NCBI GenBank assembly: GCA_964550615.1
Contig: CAZKAB010000008.1
Location: forward strand, 1-53,216
From: an uncultured Thermotogae bacterium
GTDB lineage: Bacteria > Bipolaricaulota > Bipolaricaulia > UBA7950 > UBA9294
Direction of reading: 5' to 3'
Length of the DNA: 53,216 nt
The translations under genes and the position numbers were made by a program. The notes under the pieces are model-generated. The model was given only the letters and a program-made list of their open reading frames with translations. It did not search any database and was not told where the DNA came from. Shown here piece after piece: positions 25,410 to 34,354 of this stretch. The number at the start of each line of letters is the position of its first letter. Position 1 is the stretch's first letter.

Positions 25410-26504
25410 GTGAACAAAACAGTAGTTGTATTGATAGCGGTGCTGCTTTCGTATGCGTTTGTTGCAGCTGCAAGCGAAGTCAATATCGTCTATTTTTACG
25501 AAAACGGCTGTCCTCACTGTGCACGCATCGACGAATTTCTCCAGCGCATGCAGCAAACCTATGAGGAAATCGTGATCGACAGCTATGAGATTCATGCGGA
25601 AGGCGCTATTGCGCTCCTGCATCGCTTAGAAGCGTTGTACGGAGAAGAGCAGTTGGATGTGCCGATCGTGTTTATCGACGACCAGTGCTTCCACGGAGCA
25701 GGTCGGGCGGTTGAGTACAACATCGAACAGGAGATCAGGCAGGCGGTCGATAGCGGGTCGACGGCGCCGCTCGATCGACTGGCGCAATCTGAGCACGCGA
25801 ATTCCACTGCCACTCGCAAGCTCACGATACCTGCTGTTCTGGCCGCCGCTGCTGTCGATGCTGTCAATCCATGCGCATGCGCAGTGTTGATCCTACTTCT
25901 TGGAACGCTTATCGCGGCAGGAAAGCGGCGCAAGATAATCGGTGCCGGTCTCGCGTTTACCGCGGCCACGTACATCTCATACCTATTGATGGGCCTTGGG
26001 CTGTACACGGCCATTCAAGCGACGCGGCTGCAGCACATGATCTATCTTATCGTTGCCTGTCTGGCGATTGTCGTTGGTCTATGGGAGATGAAGGACTACC
26101 TGTGGTACGGGCGCTGGTTTACGATTGAAGTACCGAACTCATGGCGTCCGGCCCTTAAGCGGATCACGTCGAGCGTGACGTCCGTTCCAGGTGCATTTGC
26201 GGTCGGCTTCCTGGTAAGCCTATTCCTCCTGCCGTGTACGTCAGGTCCGTACATAATCATCCTCGGCCTCCTTGCACAGACGACGACGCGTGAGTACGCG
26301 ATCATGATGCTGGCACTCTACAATTTCATCTTCGTGCTTCCGTTCATCATCATCACGTTAGGGGTTGCCTTTGGTTTCACCACGACCGCGAGGGCGGAGA
26401 AGTGGCGACGTGAGCGATTGGACAAGCTGCATTTGATCACTGGTATTATCATGGTAGCGCTGGGGATCACCATGCTGGTTCTGATGCAGTTTGGATATAT
26501 GTAG
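25410..26504 (+). CDS. Thioredoxin-like domain fused to a CcdA/DsbD-beta membrane domain
   Basis: FYENGCPHC; TM domain with DAVNPCACAV and LLPCTSGPY; GTG 25410 after AAGGAG. Confidence 0.88.
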   Translation: MNKTVVVLIAVLLSYAFVAAASEVNIVYFYENGCPHCARIDEFLQRMQQTYEEIVIDSYEIHAEGAIALLHRLEALYGEEQLDVPIVFIDDQCFHGAGRAVEYNIEQEIRQAVDSGSTAPLDRLAQSEHANSTATRKLTIPAVLAAAAVDAVNPCACAVLILLLGTLIAAGKRRKIIGAGLAFTAATYISYLLMGLGLYTAIQATRLQHMIYLIVACLAIVVGLWEMKDYLWYGRWFTIEVPNSWRPALKRITSSVTSVPGAFAVGFLVSLFLLPCTSGPYIIILGLLAQTTTREYAIMMLALYNFIFVLPFIIITLGVAFGFTTTARAEKWRRERLDKLHLITGIIMVALGITMLVLMQFGYM

Positions 26505-26513
26505 GAGGATTGG

Positions 26514-27008
26514 ATGACGAAGAGACGTATATTGTTGATGCTTCTGGGTCTTGTTGCACTGATCGGCCCGGCATTATTTGCGCAGGTCCAGACGGAATCG
26601 CAGACACCCACGCCAATGATACTCGTATTCTACGAAGACGGCTGTCCAAACTGCATACGCATGGAAGGGCTCTTGGACAACCTCCTCACCGACCACGATG
26701 ACGTTACAGTTGTGCGCTATGAGATAAACGCTCCCGGAAGCACGGCGCTATTGTGGAAGCTATCTGCGCATTATGGGATTGTGACTACGCAGGTTCCAGT
26801 GATATTCGTGGGAGATAAGGCAATTGTGGGGGCGGGTCGGACACAGGAAATCACCTTGCGAACGGCAATCGGCGACTGTATCAGCCAAGGGTGTCCATCG
26901 CCGCTCGAATATGTAGAAGGAGGCTGGAGCGTACTGCGCGACCTGCTCGCCCTCGGCGCGTTCATCGGCCTGTTTGTTGCGCTGCTCCTATTTCAAAGCG
27001 GTTCATGA
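26514..27008 (+). CDS. Membrane-anchored thioredoxin/glutaredoxin-like protein
   Basis: Signal peptide; FYEDGCPNC, VPVIFVGD, C-x3-C (CISQGC); C-terminal TM helix. Confidence 0.8.
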   Translation: MTKRRILLMLLGLVALIGPALFAQVQTESQTPTPMILVFYEDGCPNCIRMEGLLDNLLTDHDDVTVVRYEINAPGSTALLWKLSAHYGIVTTQVPVIFVGDKAIVGAGRTQEITLRTAIGDCISQGCPSPLEYVEGGWSVLRDLLALGAFIGLFVALLLFQSGS

Positions 27009-27052
27009 GACGGTCACGCTCCGTCAATACGTTGGCTCGCTGATAGCGGGAG

Positions 27053-27868
27053 GTGATGGAGAGCGTGGATGAAACCAGATCCGGCCAATTTGCGAGCCTT
27101 TCCAATGAGCGTCTAATCGAACTTCTTCGGCACTTGGCTGATGAAGGCTGTGACTCGGCGTATGTCTCTCATCTGCGAGAAGAGATCATCCAACGCAACA
27201 TCGGGCTGGTGAAGGCGATTGCGATTCAGTTCCTCAATTCCGGCGAGCTGCTTGATGATCTGGTGCAGGCCGGCTACATTGGGCTGTTGAACGCGGTCAC
27301 CAACTTTGACTTGGCGCGCAACATTCTGTTCTCGACCTATGCCACCTACTTGGTCAGGGGGGAGATCAGGCACTACATTCGCGACAAGCACTCCACCATC
27401 CGCGTCCCCCAGTGGGCACAGTCAATGGGGAAGAAACTGAAAGAGGTGGAAGAGGCATTCTTTCAGGAGAACGGGCGGCCTCCGCTGATTGGTGAAATCG
27501 CCGAGCGCATGGAATTGGGTGAGAAACAAGTGATCGATCTGCTGCGCGGACGCAATGCGATGGCATACGTGTCAATAGACCAGGAGCGCCGTGGCCAGGA
27601 TCCACGTCCGCCGGCTCCGTCGCTGGATAGCATTTATCCTCGAGACGAATCGGTCTCCTCTGAACTAAACGTGCGCATAACAATTGCCATTGAGCAGCTG
27701 GTGGCGATACAACAGCAGGTGATCAGAGGTTTGTTCTATCAGGCGAAGAGCCAAAGCGAATTGGGCGAAGAACTGGGATTGTCTCAGCGTCAGGTGTCAC
27801 GGCTGAAAGAGAAAGCCTTGCTGCAGATGAAGGAAAGATTGGGCGGTGACGCAGACACCGGGGACTGA
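27053..27868 (+). CDS. SigB/SigF/SigG-type RNA polymerase sigma factor
   Basis: DDLVQAGYIGLLNAVTNFD, FSTYAT...GEIRHYIRDK...IRVP, region 4 SQSELGEELGLSQRQVSRL. Exact start (27053/27056/27065) uncertain. Confidence 0.9.
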   Translation: MMESVDETRSGQFASLSNERLIELLRHLADEGCDSAYVSHLREEIIQRNIGLVKAIAIQFLNSGELLDDLVQAGYIGLLNAVTNFDLARNILFSTYATYLVRGEIRHYIRDKHSTIRVPQWAQSMGKKLKEVEEAFFQENGRPPLIGEIAERMELGEKQVIDLLRGRNAMAYVSIDQERRGQDPRPPAPSLDSIYPRDESVSSELNVRITIAIEQLVAIQQQVIRGLFYQAKSQSELGEELGLSQRQVSRLKEKALLQMKERLGGDADTGD

Positions 27869-27901
27869 AGACCGCCGCTATTAGGTAGAATCATATTAGA
27901 G

Positions 27902-28192
27902 ATGTGTAATATGGCAACCGATCTTCTTGGGTTAATCGAGATTTCCATTGAGAGTCTGCGCCGCTGCATCGATTTCTTCGATGCGGCCAAACATACGAAC
28001 GGCGTCACGGAACTTGCCTCGGTGCTCGCCGAGATCAATAGATATCTGGAGCGGGTCGATGAAGATCCTCTGCTGAAAATCGCGTCCATCGATCGCGAGG
28101 GGATCGCGGATCGTCTACACGGGATCGAAGATGACCTGGCAGCGATCATCACAGACTTCGATACCGGAGAAGAGCAGGTTATCGAAGCATAG
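27902..28192 (+). CDS. Hypothetical small acidic helical protein
   Basis: 96-aa ORF filling the intergenic gap; TAGAAT at 27886-91 upstream; no family recognised. Confidence 0.55.
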   Translation: MCNMATDLLGLIEISIESLRRCIDFFDAAKHTNGVTELASVLAEINRYLERVDEDPLLKIASIDREGIADRLHGIEDDLAAIITDFDTGEEQVIEA

Positions 28193-28198
28193 AACGCG

Positions 28199-29626
28199 CT
28201 ATTGAGTCTCCGCCGTATAACCTGCGTCAGTTCGATTCAGCTTTATCTGCGTCGTTTGCCCCGATTGAACGTTGACGTTTTCCAGCACGAGGGGCGGGCT
28301 TGTTAGAATCACGACGCGATAGGTCCCTGATGGAAGCTGAGGTCCGGTCTCTCCCAATACTCCTTCGAACACTTTCTGCCCTTGATCGTCGAATACCTGA
28401 TAGGTCATTCGAATTGCGCTTTGCAGGGCAATACGCAACTGCTCGCTACTCTGAGCGGAATAGTAGGTGCCTTGAGTCGTCTCCGCGATCTGGCGCAACT
28501 GATCAACAGCACTGCTTTGTCCAGCGACATTGAATCCGACCACGTCTATGTGCAGGCTGGGCCAAGAAGCGACAAGCTCACGCGCGGCCGACACTGGGTT
28601 CCCATGACAAGTTTCCATGCCGTCGCTCACTAGGAGAACGAGCTTCGAATCAGCTGGATTGCTGAAGTCTCCCTCGGCTTGCTGTAATGTATACGCAATA
28701 GGAGTTGGTCCGCCGGTCTCAATCGCCTGAATCTGTGCATGCAGGGCAGCGCGATCGAGCGGCCCGACGGGGAGCAGAAGCCGGCTGAATTCACATCCGC
28801 CGAATATGCGCAATCCCACATCTATTCCTTCCGGGAGCTCCGAGACCACATCGGTTAAGACCTGCTTGGCGGCGACGATCTTCGTTGATGTCTCGAATGC
28901 CTCGTCCATGCTTGACGAGGTATCAAGGATGATCAACACATCCTCCGGGCCTCCGCCGACGGAAAGCGAGAGGGCGCCAGCCGGGAGGAGCTGTAGAGAT
29001 CCAAAATCACTGCCCTGTTGCTGCAGCGAGACAGCGTTCCCCATTGCGCCTACGGCATCGATACTCGGACCCGGACAAGGGGAGTGGTCCTCATCGGCCG
29101 GAACGTCTGACAGACGAACAAACCGGAACTCTTCGTTCGCAGCAGCATAGGGGCCGATATCGATTGCCGCCGGATAGCCGGTCACTTCCCCTACAAGCGT
29201 GAAGTTGATTCCGTCCGTGCTGATCTCGACACGACACTTCTTGTTATTGGTGATGTAAACGAACAAGTCGTTCCCCGGGCCGTCGACGAGTATGTTGTCG
29301 GTGAACTCAAGGACGAGGCTCCCTCGATTGTCAATCTCGCTTAGGCGGAATCCAAGCGCGACGGCACACGGAGCGCAGCCCGAGCACCCGCTGCAAGTCC
29401 CACTGGTGCAATCAGGCGGACCCAGAGCGGCGTTAGGATTGCCGTAAGCGCAGTCGACACAACTTGCTGCAGTGTAAGAGATCGCTCGGTCGGCGAACGA
29501 GACATCACCAAGCGGGAATGTCACCCCCGCATAAGTGGTCGACTGGGCGATCAGGGTTGTGGCCGCGATGGCGACCATCAGAAGTAGAATCGTACCCGTG
29601 ATCATTGCTCGATATCGGCTGCTCAT
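28199..29626 (-). CDS. Secreted Cys-rich beta-sandwich plus VWA domain protein
   Basis: Signal peptide; ALGPPD...DGPGNDLFVY...STDG...FRFVRL; MIDAS DTSSSM, GPTPI, SDGMETC; SD GGGGGTGA before ATG 29626. Confidence 0.8.
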   Translation of the reverse strand: MSSRYRAMITGTILLLMVAIAATTLIAQSTTYAGVTFPLGDVSFADRAISYTAASCVDCAYGNPNAALGPPDCTSGTCSGCSGCAPCAVALGFRLSEIDNRGSLVLEFTDNILVDGPGNDLFVYITNNKKCRVEISTDGINFTLVGEVTGYPAAIDIGPYAAANEEFRFVRLSDVPADEDHSPCPGPSIDAVGAMGNAVSLQQQGSDFGSLQLLPAGALSLSVGGGPEDVLIILDTSSSMDEAFETSTKIVAAKQVLTDVVSELPEGIDVGLRIFGGCEFSRLLLPVGPLDRAALHAQIQAIETGGPTPIAYTLQQAEGDFSNPADSKLVLLVSDGMETCHGNPVSAARELVASWPSLHIDVVGFNVAGQSSAVDQLRQIAETTQGTYYSAQSSEQLRIALQSAIRMTYQVFDDQGQKVFEGVLGETGPQLPSGTYRVVILTSPPLVLENVNVQSGQTTQIKLNRTDAGYTAETQ

Positions 29627-29727
29627 TGGATCACCCCCGATCGTCTGCAGCGTATTCGTCAAACCATCATAGGACGATTCGCGCTAAATGACAAGTAAAC
29701 AGAAGTCTTAACGCTGCGAATCGAATG

Positions 29728-29756
29728 TTGACACGCATGTGCTGGTTGGCTAACAT
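29728..29756 (+). promoter_or_regulatory. Strong sigma70 promoter for tRNA-Leu and the fab operon
   Basis: TTGACA (29728-33), 17 nt, TAACAT (29751-56). Confidence 0.8.
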
Positions 29757-29766
29757 CAGAATCGTT

Positions 29767-29856
29767 GCCGAGGTGGCGGAATTGGCAGACGCGCATGGTT
29801 GAGGGCCATGTGGACCTAGAACGTCCGTGCGGGTTCAAGTCCCGCTCTCGGCACCA
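29767..29856 (+). tRNA. tRNA-Leu (anticodon GAG)
   Basis: Acceptor stem GCCGAGG/TCTCGGC; anticodon arm CATGG-TTGAGGG-CCATG; long variable arm; GTTCAAGT T-loop; encoded CCA. Confidence 0.97.
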
Positions 29857-29886
29857 GTTCAAAAAACGCTCCGGAGATGCCCAGTT

Positions 29887-30900
29887 ATGCGGATCCTGTT
29901 GGACGTTATGGGGGGGGATCTCCCGCCTTTTGAAATCGTGAAGGGGGGAGTTGCGGCTGGACATCGTCTAGGTGCAGACATTCTATTTGCCGGTGAAGTG
30001 GATGTAATTCGCAATGCCATCGTTGTGTTGCACGAGCGCGAAGGCGAACAATTCTCGATCCTCCCATCTTCTCAGACCATCTCAATGAACGAGCCGCCGG
30101 TGCGAGCGGTACGCGCCAAGCGTGATTCCTCTTTGGTCAACGGCCTTATGGCGCTGAGAGAACACAGAGTCGATGGCTTTGTCTCTCCCGGGAATACTGG
30201 CGCTGTTGTTGCGGGCGCGATCTTCATTGTCGGAAGGATTCAGGGGATTCCGCGGCCGGGCATTGCGGCGACCATACCTACTATTTCAGGCAAAGATATC
30301 GTGGTTGTAGATGTAGGGGCGAATGTCGATTGTACTGCGAAGCATCTCCTTCACTTTGCGTTGATGGGGCTGACGTACGTCCGTGACATGCTGGGAATCT
30401 CCGATCCGACGATCGGGCTTCTCAGCATAGGTACGGAAAAATCCAAAGGAAACAAGCTCATCCATCGTGCGTTCGATCTATTACAGGATAGCCCCCTCCC
30501 GTTTGTCGGGAATGTGGAAGGTCATCATCTTTTGTCTGAGCGGCCGGTTGACGTTGTCGTCTGCGACGGATTCATCGGAAACGTGTTTCTCAAAACGCTG
30601 GAGGGAGGTATCGCAGCAGTGACCGATCTGATCAAACAAGGGGTGAAGGAGGCTCCCGCAGCGAAGGTGGGGGCACTTCTGATGCGCCCTGTTTTCTCAC
30701 GTTTGCGCGAAAAGATGGCCTACAACAGATTTGGAGGGGCTCCTCTACTTGGCGTGGGGGGAAGCGTGGTCATTGCGCACGGCCGTTCTGATGCCGAGGC
30801 GATAGAGTCGGCGATCGATGTTGCGTGTCGCGCGGGCGAGTGTCGGTTGAATGAGACGATAGCCCAAGGAATGTCGGGATGGAGCAGCGATGGGTGCTAG
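29887..30900 (+). CDS. plsX: Phosphate acyltransferase PlsX
   Basis: ILLDVMGGD, SPGNTGA, IPRPGI, DVGANVD, VVVCDGFIGNVFLK, GGAPLLGV, HGRSD. Start re-set to ATG 29887 because the ORF-track start lies inside the tRNA. Confidence 0.95.
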   Translation: MRILLDVMGGDLPPFEIVKGGVAAGHRLGADILFAGEVDVIRNAIVVLHEREGEQFSILPSSQTISMNEPPVRAVRAKRDSSLVNGLMALREHRVDGFVSPGNTGAVVAGAIFIVGRIQGIPRPGIAATIPTISGKDIVVVDVGANVDCTAKHLLHFALMGLTYVRDMLGISDPTIGLLSIGTEKSKGNKLIHRAFDLLQDSPLPFVGNVEGHHLLSERPVDVVVCDGFIGNVFLKTLEGGIAAVTDLIKQGVKEAPAAKVGALLMRPVFSRLREKMAYNRFGGAPLLGVGGSVVIAHGRSDAEAIESAIDVACRAGECRLNETIAQGMSGWSSDGC

Positions 30901-31867
30901 GATCAGTGGGACCGGCAGCAATCTACCTATTAGGTGTCTGACAAACCGCGATCTTGAGAAGATCGTGGATACATCCGACGAATGGATCGTACGGCGAACG
31001 GGCATCCACACGCGCCACCACCTGTCTCCGGATGAATCACCGGCAGATATGGGAATTGCCGCAGCGAAGCAGGCGCTCGCCACTGCCGGGATCGTCCCAC
31101 AACAGGTCGATCTGCTTATCGTGGCGACCAATTTTCCCGACATGATCTGCCCAGGATCGGCGCCGTTCATCGCCAGCGGGCTTGGTCTCGATCAAACGCC
31201 TTTTTTTGACTTGAAGGCGGGTTGCTCCGGCTTTGTCTATGGGATGGCCGTTGCCGACGGGCTGATTCGATCCGGTCTGTACGAGCGGATTCTCCTCGTG
31301 GGTAGCGAGGCGCTCTCGCGTGTCACCGATTGGAGTGACAGGAAGACGTGTGTATTATTCGGCGACGGCGCCGGAGCCGTACTGCTCGAGGCGGGCGAAA
31401 GAGACGAAGGCGTGCTCGGAAGCGCCCTGTTCGGTGACAACAGCAAGGCGCTTCTGCTTCACCTCCCCGCAGGCGGAACCGACATGCCGGCGAGCGAGCA
31501 GACGGTGAGAAATCGCGAACACTATCTCAAGATGGAGGGTGCAGGTGTGTTCCGTAGCGCCGTTCCAATGATGGAAAGAGCTACCCGTGCAGCGCTTTCG
31601 GCAGCCTCGCTCGGCCTCGACGACGTCGATTGGGTGATTCCGCACCAGGCAAACATCAGAATTATTGAATCACTTGTCAAGCGGCTGAAGGTCGACGAAT
31701 CGCGCGTGATTGTCAACCTCGATCGAGTGGCGAATACTTCCACCGCCTCCATTCCCATTGCCCTGGATGAAGCGTACCGTGAAGGCAAGCTCGGAGCTGG
31801 CGACATCGTTGTCATGACGGCATTCGGAGCAGGGGCGACTTATGGTGCGGTGGTGGTGAAACTGTGA
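30890..31867 (+). CDS. fabH: Beta-ketoacyl-ACP synthase III
   Basis: DLKAGCSGF, VLFGDGAGA, IPHQANIRI, VANTSTASIP, AFGAG. Confidence 0.96.
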   Translation: MGARISGTGSNLPIRCLTNRDLEKIVDTSDEWIVRRTGIHTRHHLSPDESPADMGIAAAKQALATAGIVPQQVDLLIVATNFPDMICPGSAPFIASGLGLDQTPFFDLKAGCSGFVYGMAVADGLIRSGLYERILLVGSEALSRVTDWSDRKTCVLFGDGAGAVLLEAGERDEGVLGSALFGDNSKALLLHLPAGGTDMPASEQTVRNREHYLKMEGAGVFRSAVPMMERATRAALSAASLGLDDVDWVIPHQANIRIIESLVKRLKVDESRVIVNLDRVANTSTASIPIALDEAYREGKLGAGDIVVMTAFGAGATYGAVVVKL

Positions 31868-32754
31868 ATGCGAACGAACAGCGCGCGTTTCTCTTCCCCG
31901 GTCAAGGGACGATCCCCGATGCGGTCGCTTGCTCGCATCCGATCGGGTGTGACCTTTACGCACTTGCCGAGCAGAGTGGCCTTCCATTGCGAGAATGGAT
32001 AGCAAACGGAGATAACGATCGCCTGCGTCAGACCGATGCCGCACAGCCGGCGATCTTCATCGACAGCATCGTCAAGTACATGGCCCTAAGAGAGAGCGGG
32101 ATGCTGCCAATGGCTGTCGCCGGCCACAGCCTTGGAGAATATGGTGCGCTCGTTGCCGGCGGCGTACTCGATCCTCTCGAAGCGCTACGGGTCATCATTG
32201 AGCGGGGCAGACTGATGGGGCTCGTAGAAGGTGGTGGAATGGCCGCGATCGTGAAGCTTCCGGCGGAACAAGTATCCGATCTCTGTGATCGTCTCGATGT
32301 TGAGATCAGTGTCGCAAACATCAACGGGCCGATGCAGGTTGTCATCTCCGGAAACGATGATGCGCTCGCACAAGCTATGAGCGCCTGCGAAGGCGCTGGC
32401 GGGCGGGCGATCAAGCTGAACGTATCCGGTCCCTTTCACTCGCCGCTGATGGCGGGTGCGGAGGCGGCGCTTGAGCCGATGATCGAGGAATTGTGTTTTC
32501 GCGCGCCATCAGTTCCGTTTGTGTCAAGCGTTAGCGGCCACGAGGAGCGGGATCCGTTGGAGATCAAAGAACTGCTCTTGACGCAAATCACTGCCTGCGT
32601 GCAGTGGGTGAGCGTGATCGAATCGCTTGTTCAAATGAATATCGATGCTGCGGTAGAGGTCGGCGCTGGCAGGGTATTGACCGGCCTGGGTGCACGCATT
32701 ACCAAGGAGATCGAATTCTCCGCGCTGAAGGAGGTTTCCGATGGCGCGATTTGA
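31864..32754 (+). CDS. fabD: Malonyl-CoA:ACP transacylase
   Basis: AFLFPGQG, AQPAI, AGHSLGEYGA, LNVSGPFHS, EVGAG. Confidence 0.96.
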   Translation: MNANEQRAFLFPGQGTIPDAVACSHPIGCDLYALAEQSGLPLREWIANGDNDRLRQTDAAQPAIFIDSIVKYMALRESGMLPMAVAGHSLGEYGALVAGGVLDPLEALRVIIERGRLMGLVEGGGMAAIVKLPAEQVSDLCDRLDVEISVANINGPMQVVISGNDDALAQAMSACEGAGGRAIKLNVSGPFHSPLMAGAEAALEPMIEELCFRAPSVPFVSSVSGHEERDPLEIKELLLTQITACVQWVSVIESLVQMNIDAAVEVGAGRVLTGLGARITKEIEFSALKEVSDGAI

Positions 32755-33472
32755 TGGCCAGGTTGCGATTGTCACGGGGGGTACACGCGGGATCGGGAGA
32801 GCGATTGTCGAACTGCTCCACCACGAAGGCTGCAGCGTTGCGGTCTTTGCGCGCGGAGTAGGTGCGGGGCGTTCGTTGGAGCAGGGAATGGATCGTTGCC
32901 AGTACTATCCGGTTGATGTCGCCGATGCAGAACAGGTAAACGATGCAGTACGAGACGTGTACGAAACGCAAGGGGGCATCGATTTCCTTGTCAACAACGC
33001 CGGAATCACGCGTGACGGCCTCATCCTTCGCATGAGCGAAGCTGATTGGCAGCAGGTGATATCGACTAATCTTCAAGGAGCATACAATTGCATTCGCGCT
33101 TGTCTCCGCCATATGGTAAAGGCAAGAAGCGGTGCCATCGTCAGCATTGGGTCGCTGGTCGGAGAGACGGGAAACGCCGGTCAAGCGAACTATGCCGCCT
33201 CCAAAGCCGGCCTGATCGCACTGTCCCGCAGTGCTGCCAAAGAGGTGGCCGGCCGGGGTGTAAGGGTGAACGTCGTTTCCCCCGGATTCATTAAGACAGA
33301 AATGACCGATGTTTTGAGTGAAGAGGTCCGTTCCGGGTATCTCTCTCGTATTCCAATGCGGCGAGAGGGCGCAACCGATGAGGTGGCGCAGGTTGTGGCA
33401 TTCTTGCTTTCGCCGCATGCTTCTTATATAACTGGGCAAGTTGTTGGCGTTAATGGGGGGCTTTATCCCTAG
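32741..33472 (+). CDS. fabG: 3-oxoacyl-ACP reductase
   Basis: [42 protein letters not shown]; fab operon context. Confidence 0.95.
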   Translation: MARFDGQVAIVTGGTRGIGRAIVELLHHEGCSVAVFARGVGAGRSLEQGMDRCQYYPVDVADAEQVNDAVRDVYETQGGIDFLVNNAGITRDGLILRMSEADWQQVISTNLQGAYNCIRACLRHMVKARSGAIVSIGSLVGETGNAGQANYAASKAGLIALSRSAAKEVAGRGVRVNVVSPGFIKTEMTDVLSEEVRSGYLSRIPMRREGATDEVAQVVAFLLSPHASYITGQVVGVNGGLYP

Positions 33473-33515
33473 TAGAAGACTAGTAGAGCAAAATGCAAAG
33501 GGAGGCGTACATAAA

Positions 33516-33770
33516 ATGGACGATATTGCGGGCAAGGTGCGTACGATAATCTCCGAACAACTGATGGTGGATCCCGAGGAGGTCACTGATGAGGCTTCGT
33601 TCGTGGAAGACCTGGGGGCAGATTCGCTCGATACAGTGGAACTTATCATGGAGTTCGAGGATGAGTTCGGTGTAGAGATCTCGGATGAAGACGCTGAAAA
33701 GATCTCGACCGTTGGCGAAGCGGTCGTCTACATGACCAAGCTGTTAGGAGACAAGGACAAGAAAGAGTAG
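33516..33770 (+). CDS. acpP: Acyl carrier protein
   Basis: [17 protein letters not shown]; SD GGGAGG; ATG 33516. Confidence 0.97.
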   Translation: MDDIAGKVRTIISEQLMVDPEEVTDEASFVEDLGADSLDTVELIMEFEDEFGVEISDEDAEKISTVGEAVVYMTKLLGDKDKKE

Positions 33771-33788
33771 CAATTTTTCGCGTGCTGA

Positions 33789-33824
33789 AGGGGCAACGAG
33801 ACACGCTTGTCCCTCTTTTCTTTT
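33789..33824 (+). terminator. Possible intrinsic terminator after acpP
   Basis: aggggcaa / ttgtccct stem (one G-U pair) followed by cttttctttt. Confidence 0.45.
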
Positions 33825-33844
33825 CCCCGAGCGGGTGACCTATC

Positions 33845-34354
33845 ATGTATATCGAGGTGATCGGTATGCGAGAGGGTGACCGGCGTACTGTAGTGGGCAA
33901 AGGAACCGCTAATCCCTATCACGAGTCACAAAAGTATCCAGAGGTAACGCGCTGTCCGCGCTGTGGCCTTGTGTACTGTGACGGTCGCTGGCAGGCGACG
34001 CAGATTCCGCTTAGTCCGCCGTTTGATGAGATCAACTGTCCGGCATGCAGGCGGGAGATCGATCGCTACCCAGGAGGACTGGTGCGGCTGCGCGGCGCCT
34101 ATCTGGAGAAGCATCGCGATCAGATCATGCACATTGTGCATAACCAGACTTCTGCGGCGACGGCAGCTCGTCCGTTGCAAAGGATCATGTGGATTGATGA
34201 TGGCGATAGTGGGCAAGTAGAGATTGCCGTCACTAACGGTCACCTGGCGATGAGAATCGGAAAAGCGATCACGCATGCGTGCAAGGGAGAGCTGGCTGTG
34301 AAACGCGCCGATCGCGATCAACTGGTGCGCGTTTACTGGGATAGGGAGGAATAA
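33845..34354 (+). CDS. BCAM0308-family protein
   Basis: CPRCGLVY...W, CPACRR...YPGGLV.L.G, PLQRIM, IGKAI, VRVYW. Confidence 0.75.
   Translation: MYIEVIGMREGDRRTVVGKGTANPYHESQKYPEVTRCPRCGLVYCDGRWQATQIPLSPPFDEINCPACRREIDRYPGGLVRLRGAYLEKHRDQIMHIVHNQTSAATAARPLQRIMWIDDGDSGQVEIAVTNGHLAMRIGKAITHACKGELAVKRADRDQLVRVYWDREE

Noticed and set aside
2172-27008. Selenocysteine in the many redox motifs
   Set aside because: All CxxC motifs read are encoded by TGC/TGT in uninterrupted ORFs; I saw no in-frame TGA followed by a continuing domain.
29830-29860. tRNA-Leu 3' end as an integration site for a genomic island
   Set aside because: I saw no duplicate of the tRNA 3' end and no integrase; housekeeping plsX follows immediately.
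29827-29886. ORF-track N-terminal extension of plsX, and similar extensions for tsaB, lipB, the metallophosphoesterase, the glycosylase and rsmD
   Set aside because: They run through the tRNA or neighbouring genes; family motifs begin at downstream starts supported by an SD, promoter or ATGA coupling.
32699-33649. 316-aa antisense ORF opposite fabG/acpP
   Set aside because: Long antisense frames are common opposite SDR genes in GC-rich DNA; no recognisable domain.
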